Shown here one piece after another: positions 55,187 to 58,894 of a stretch of 58,894 nt of DNA. Source of the stretch: a virus (taxonomy: Duplodnaviria > Caudoviricetes); the IMG/VR virus record IMGVR_UViG_3300042332_001561, positions 1 to 58,894 of that record, one strand, 5' to 3'. Within the stretch, counting starts at the first letter, position 1. Each line of letters begins with the position of its first letter. Under the pieces are notes generated by a model. It did not search any database and was not told where the DNA came from. It saw only the letters and a list, made by a program, of their open reading frames with translations. The position numbers and the translations under genes are program-made.

Positions 55187-55537
55187 TTATGCGAATCTAC
55201 CGCTACCTCTTGGAGCTCTTGTGGATGGACTAACATATCCACCTCTTGATCCACCTTTGTTTCTATACATTCCTATCCCACCAACAGCTACTCCACCTGC
55301 TGCATATCTTGCACCTACTTGCATCTGCCTTCTTCTTATGGCAGCATTTCTTATTGTGTTTCCTCTATCGGCTGGGAAAGTTACACCAGCTGCTGTTGCT
55401 TTATCATAATTTCTTGTAGCTGTGGATAGGTATTTTGGAGCTTTACCTTTACCTGAGTCGATGTATGTTGCAGCTTTTCTAGACGATAGACCTAAGAAGT
55501 CTAAAGCTCCAGAAACTGCTTTATTTTTTATAGCCAT
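55187..55537 (-). CDS. Small basic Gly/Arg-rich protein
   Basis: 116 aa, strongly basic, with a short hydrophobic AAGGVAVGGIG segment. Confidence 0.6.
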   Translation of the reverse strand: MAIKNKAVSGALDFLGLSSRKAATYIDSGKGKAPKYLSTATRNYDKATAAGVTFPADRGNTIRNAAIRRRQMQVGARYAAGGVAVGGIGMYRNKGGSRGGYVSPSTRAPRGSGRFA

Positions 55538-55548
55538 ACTTTGTTCCC

Positions 55549-55803
55549 TTAGTATTTATACATTCCAGTAGATCTACCTCTTGTAGAAGGAGATCCTGAA
55601 CCTCTTCTTCTCTGCATGGCAGCCATTCCTATACCACCACCTGCAACCATGCCAGATCTAATCTTACCAGATCTTGCTAACATTTTAGGATCCATAGTGC
55701 TAACGTTTTTTCTACCTACAGCTCCGACTTTGCCGAAGAATCCTTTTGCGTCTTTAACTCCAGAAAATGCTGATCTAGCTGCTCCTGTTAATGGGTTTGG
55801 CAT
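55549..55803 (-). CDS. Small basic Gly/Arg-rich protein
   Basis: 84 aa, GGAGG SD, downstream of a TTACTAT motif. Confidence 0.6.
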   Translation of the reverse strand: MPNPLTGAARSAFSGVKDAKGFFGKVGAVGRKNVSTMDPKMLARSGKIRSGMVAGGGIGMAAMQRRRGSGSPSTRGRSTGMYKY

Positions 55804-55833
55804 ATGCCCTCCAGAAAAAATATTGTTGCTTTA

Positions 55834-55840
55834 ATAGTAA
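55834..55840 (-). promoter_or_regulatory. TTACTAT late-promoter-like motif
   Basis: 30 nt upstream of the ATG at 55803. Confidence 0.5.
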
Positions 55841-55842
55841 TA

Positions 55843-57268
55843 TTAATCTTCTACTGCTTTAAGTTTTCTGGCCGGTTTAGTAAGTTTAAGATTAAATGAT
55901 TCATTTTCATAATATATATAAAATATAGTATTTTTAGGTATGTGAGATGAAATTATTGCTTTAGCCAACTTTGTTTCTATCTCTTCTCTTCTTATTTGTG
56001 CTAGGCCTCTTGCACCTTTTATTGAATCTATACCCTTATCAATTAAAGCATCAATTACAGATTGATCATACTCGGTAATAAAACCTTTTTTAATCATTTT
56101 ATCTGAAACTAAGTTCATTTCTAATTCTGCAATCTTTTCGCAGTTTTCTCTATTCAAATAATTAAATACAACAATCTTATCTAATCTATTGATTAATTCT
56201 GGTTTAAAATATTTTCTTATAGCGTCTATTGTGTTTCTTTCCACTACATGTCTTGGTGGAGTTTCTGTTGTAGATGCTTGATAATTAACATTCTTGTTAA
56301 ATCCTGCCCCTGTGCCGATTAAGTTATCCACAGTCTTTTGATTACCCAAGTTTGTAGTCATAATTATTATTGTGTCTCTAAAGTCTATCTTGTCACCTTT
56401 TCCATCTGTAACAAAACCTTCATCAAATATCGACAAAAATGTATTCCAGATGTCAGGATGAGCTTTTTCTACTTCATCTATCAAAACTACTGAGTGAGGA
56501 TTCTTCTTAATCTGATTAACGAGTTGACCGCCTTCATCGTGACCCACATACCCTGGCGGTGATCCTATTAGCTTTTGATTCTCGTGTTTATGTTGAAACT
56601 CTCCGCAGTCTATACGAACCATCGGATACTCATCGCTAAATAAATAATCATGAAGAGTCGATGCTAAGTGAGTTTTGCCAACTCCAGAAGATCCTGCAAA
56701 TAAGAAAACACCAAGTGGTCTGTCCTCGTCATTTAATCCAACCTGTGATCTAAGAAGAGCTGAGCATATCGAATCTACCGCTTCATCTTGCCCTATGATG
56801 TTATTTTTTAAATGATACTCAAGACCAAGATACTTTTGCTTAGTAATCTTCTTGGCACTAGTGCTTTTTCTTTTTTGACCCTTTTCCGAAGTACCAGCTT
56901 TATCTTTTGCCTTTGAAAGTATTTTTTGTATTTCGCTAAAATCGAAATCATCATTCTCTGGACTCATTTGATTTGATGTATAAGCAATTGCAACCCAATG
57001 ATCTATGTCGAGACCAGGGTTAAGCATTACGCATCCGTGTGTACAGAGCTTCTATGCATCTTTCTGCATCGAGTCTGCTCATTAAAGCTAGTGCTGAAGA
57101 AATCTCTGATTTAAGATTAAATATTACATACTGAAGAACTTTTCTTTTTCTTTCTCTTTCATTCTTTGTGTTTATTTGAGATATAAAAGATTCTATTTCT
57201 TCTGGTTCTAATACTTTATACTTAACATAGACATTTATGTCCGGAACATAGATTTGATAAACTTTCAT
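55843..57268 (-). CDS. ClpA/ClpB-like AAA+ ATPase with a single D2-type domain (~474 aa), joined by a +1 frameshift at CGG 57035-57037
   Basis: IIGQDEAV, Walker A GSSGVGKT, LIGSPPGYVG, Walker B VLIDEVEKAHPD, MTTN, FKPELINRLD, GARGL. Junction TAC ACA C GGA TGC GTA ATG (EALYT-GCVMLNPG). Confidence 0.85.
57034..57037 (-). other. +1 recoding site H (ACA CGG A)
   Basis: In-frame CGG at codon 78; zero-frame TAA after 4 more codons. Confidence 0.75.
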
Positions 57269-57303
57269 AATAATCCGGCTTTCTTTAATCTTACTTTTAA
57301 CCC

Positions 57304-57396
57304 GTATATACTATATAGAGTAATATTAATATATATTAATATATTAGTATATATTAACATATAAGTATATAGTAAAGGGGGTAGGGGGTAGGGGGT
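57304..57396. repeat. AT-rich ATATATTA-type repeats followed by (AGGGGGT)x3
   Basis: taatattaatatatattaatatattagtatatattaacatataagtatatagtaa-agggggt-agggggt-agggggt in a non-coding gap. Confidence 0.8.
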
Positions 57397-57425
57397 CACG
57401 TTCAAGCTTACTACAATCTCAAATC

Positions 57426-57600
57426 TTATGCAAATGGATTCTCATCATTTTTTTCAACATCTTCTATGCTAGGATGTGGTTCTAAACATGGTCCGAGAGA
57501 ATGCCCAATATCTTAAAAGATCAATTGGATAATGAAATCTATTCTCGAGTAAATATATTGCTCGGTAAAAATCTTCGTTTAGTTCTATTCTGCGTTGCAT
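57426..57600 (-). CDS. Small hypothetical protein (57 aa if the +1 shift at CGG 57493-57495 is used; 43 aa otherwise)
   Basis: AAAGGT SD, ATG at 57600; MQRRIELNEDFYRAIYLLENRFHYPIDLLRYWAFS-GPCLEPHPSIEDVEKNDENPFA. Confidence 0.55.
57492..57495 (-). other. Probable +1 recoding site I (TCT CGG A)
   Basis: Same CGGA context, in frame at codon 36. Both frames are short, so support is weaker. Confidence 0.55.
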
Positions 57601-57642
57601 TGTTGTACCTTTCGTGTATACTGTGACATACCAATTATACCA
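57595..57642. promoter_or_regulatory. Candidate divergent sigma70-type promoters at the strand switch
   Basis: Minus strand TGGTATAAT (extended -10) at 57634-57642; plus strand TTGCAT-N16-TATACT at 57595-57622. Confidence 0.4.
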
Positions 57643-57660
57643 TCAACATGAAGGAATAAA

Positions 57661-57855
57661 ATGTCAAAAGAAATCAAACCATCAGAACAATACCTTAAAA
57701 AGCTTTTGAAGTTAAGAGAAAACACTAGAGAAGCAATGCTTGGTAATGATCCCGAGTCACAGGCAGAGCTAAGATACTTGGAATCTAAGATTGTTCAAAA
57801 AATAAAAGAAGTACAGCGTGCGCTTGGAAAAAATAATCCAAGAGTGGTAAGATAA
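57661..57855 (+). CDS. Hypothetical protein
   Basis: 64 aa, AAGGA SD, upstream of recA. Confidence 0.65.
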   Translation: MSKEIKPSEQYLKKLLKLRENTREAMLGNDPESQAELRYLESKIVQKIKEVQRALGKNNPRVVR

Positions 57856-57859
57856 GTAC

Positions 57860-58822
57860 ATGGAAGAATCAAAAGCATTAGAAGTGGCTATGGCTCAATT
57901 AGAGCGACAGTTTGGTGCTGGGTCAGTTATGAAACTTGGCTCATCAGAAGTAAAACCATGGCCTGCTGTACCAACAGGCGCAATGACATTGGATAACATC
58001 TTAGGCATTGGCGGTTTACCAAGAGGTCGCATAGTAGAAATCTATGGACCAGAATCATCAGGCAAGTCAACAATTGCTCTAACAGTTGTAACGGAAGCTC
58101 AGAAGATGGGTCTCAAGTGTGCATACATCGATGCAGAGCATGCACTTGATCCTGTTTACATGCAAGCACTTGGTGTAAACCTTGATGAACTGATATTCTC
58201 TCAGCCAGATTACGGCGAACAAGCATTAGAGATTGTAGATCGTCTCGTACGCACAGGAGAGCTAGGCGTTATTGTTATTGACTCGGTTGCTGCACTAATT
58301 CCTAAAGCAGAGCTTGAAGGAGAAATGGAAGCAGCACAGATGGGCCTTCAGGCTCGTCTCATGGCCAAGGCTATGCGTAAGATGACAGGTCTTGCTTCTG
58401 AGAATAAAACATTATTACTTTTCATTAACCAACTTCGCAATAAGATTGGCATTATGTTTGGTAATCCAGAGACAACACCTGGTGGCATGGCTCTCAAGTA
58501 TGCTTCATCAGTACGCATTGATTTGCGCAAGAAAGAAGATCTTAAGTCCAAAGACGGAGAAGTTCTTGGCGTTAAGGTTAAAGCTAAAATTATCAAGAAC
58601 AAAATGTCTCCTCCACTTAAGATAGCAGAGTTTGATATCATGTATGGAAAAGGAATAGATCAATATGGATGCTTATTTGATGTTGCTTTGGATAAAGGAA
58701 TCCTTAGCCAAAAAGGTGCGTGGGTTCAATACAATGGTGAGTCGTTTGCGCAAGGTCGTGACAACGCGATCGAAAAACTAAAGACATTGCCCGAACTGGT
58801 AGAAAAAATTAAAAATTCATAA
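57860..58822 (+). CDS. recA: RecA recombinase (bacterial type)
   Basis: GGLPRGRIVEIYGPESSGKST, IDAEHALDP, SQPDYGEQAL, VIDSVAAL, FINQLR, GNPETTPGG.ALK. Confidence 0.97.
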   Translation: MEESKALEVAMAQLERQFGAGSVMKLGSSEVKPWPAVPTGAMTLDNILGIGGLPRGRIVEIYGPESSGKSTIALTVVTEAQKMGLKCAYIDAEHALDPVYMQALGVNLDELIFSQPDYGEQALEIVDRLVRTGELGVIVIDSVAALIPKAELEGEMEAAQMGLQARLMAKAMRKMTGLASENKTLLLFINQLRNKIGIMFGNPETTPGGMALKYASSVRIDLRKKEDLKSKDGEVLGVKVKAKIIKNKMSPPLKIAEFDIMYGKGIDQYGCLFDVALDKGILSQKGAWVQYNGESFAQGRDNAIEKLKTLPELVEKIKNS

Positions 58823-58833
58823 TGGAATTATAA

Positions 58834-58894
58834 ATGAGTAAGTTTGTTCCAAACACTTGTGAAGATTGTTCATATCCTCCAAATCACGTAGTTG
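58834..58894 (+). CDS. Hypothetical protein, N-terminal fragment with CxxC
   Basis: MSKFVPNTCEDCSYPPNHVV, open to the window edge. Confidence 0.45.
   Translation, partial: MSKFVPNTCEDCSYPPNHVV

Noticed and set aside
690-55834. Numerous + strand ORFs of 60-200 aa in the track (e.g. 26181..26597, 28468..28932, 30384..30995, 48508..49053)
   Set aside because: They are antisense shadows of minus-strand genes, caused by codon bias and Gly/Thr repeats, with no recognisable motifs.
173-57600. Stop-codon reassignment (TAG or TGA read-through) as the explanation for split genes
   Set aside because: TAA, TAG and TGA all end genes at tight gene junctions, and the breaks are frame changes, not in-frame stops.
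173-57600. Split genes as pseudogenes or random homopolymer sequencing errors
   Set aside because: The breaks are all +1, one per gene, at an in-frame CGG, not in homopolymer runs, and they affect essential genes. Out-of-frame CGGA occurrences are intact. A motif-specific basecalling artefact is disfavoured but can only be excluded with reads.

Overview
This 58.9 kb AT-rich window is part of a large tailed-phage genome, myovirus-like because it has tail-sheath-like genes. Almost all of it is a minus-strand virion morphogenesis region: terminase large subunit, portal, prohead protease/scaffold, major capsid, neck/tail genes, two sheath-like and three tube-like paralogs, chaperone-like genes, fibre proteins and giant virion proteins. 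It also holds a glycosyltransferase, a flavin-dependent halogenase, a 2OG-Fe(II) oxygenase and a ClpB-like ATPase, then switches strand to recA. The main discovery is a candidate recoding system. Nine genes are each broken by one +1 frameshift, and in all nine the break coincides with an in-frame CGG codon (CGG-A in 8, CGG-C in 1). Skipping the C and reading GGN (Gly) restores one continuous ORF, and in several genes conserved motifs span the junction. My manual scan of every accepted gene found no other in-frame CGG, although out-of-frame CGG triplets are common. This suggests CGG(N) acts as a dedicated +1 frameshift or quadruplet signal gating assembly genes; the mechanism is inference, and sequencing error must be excluded from reads. 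Secondary observations are a TTACTAT late-promoter-like motif, an enriched Ala-Thr-Pro motif in virion proteins (possible glycosylation site), a His-rich fibre segment, a shared C-terminal signature in two giant proteins, and an AT-rich/G-run element at the strand switch. All product calls come from motif recognition and gene order, with no database searches.
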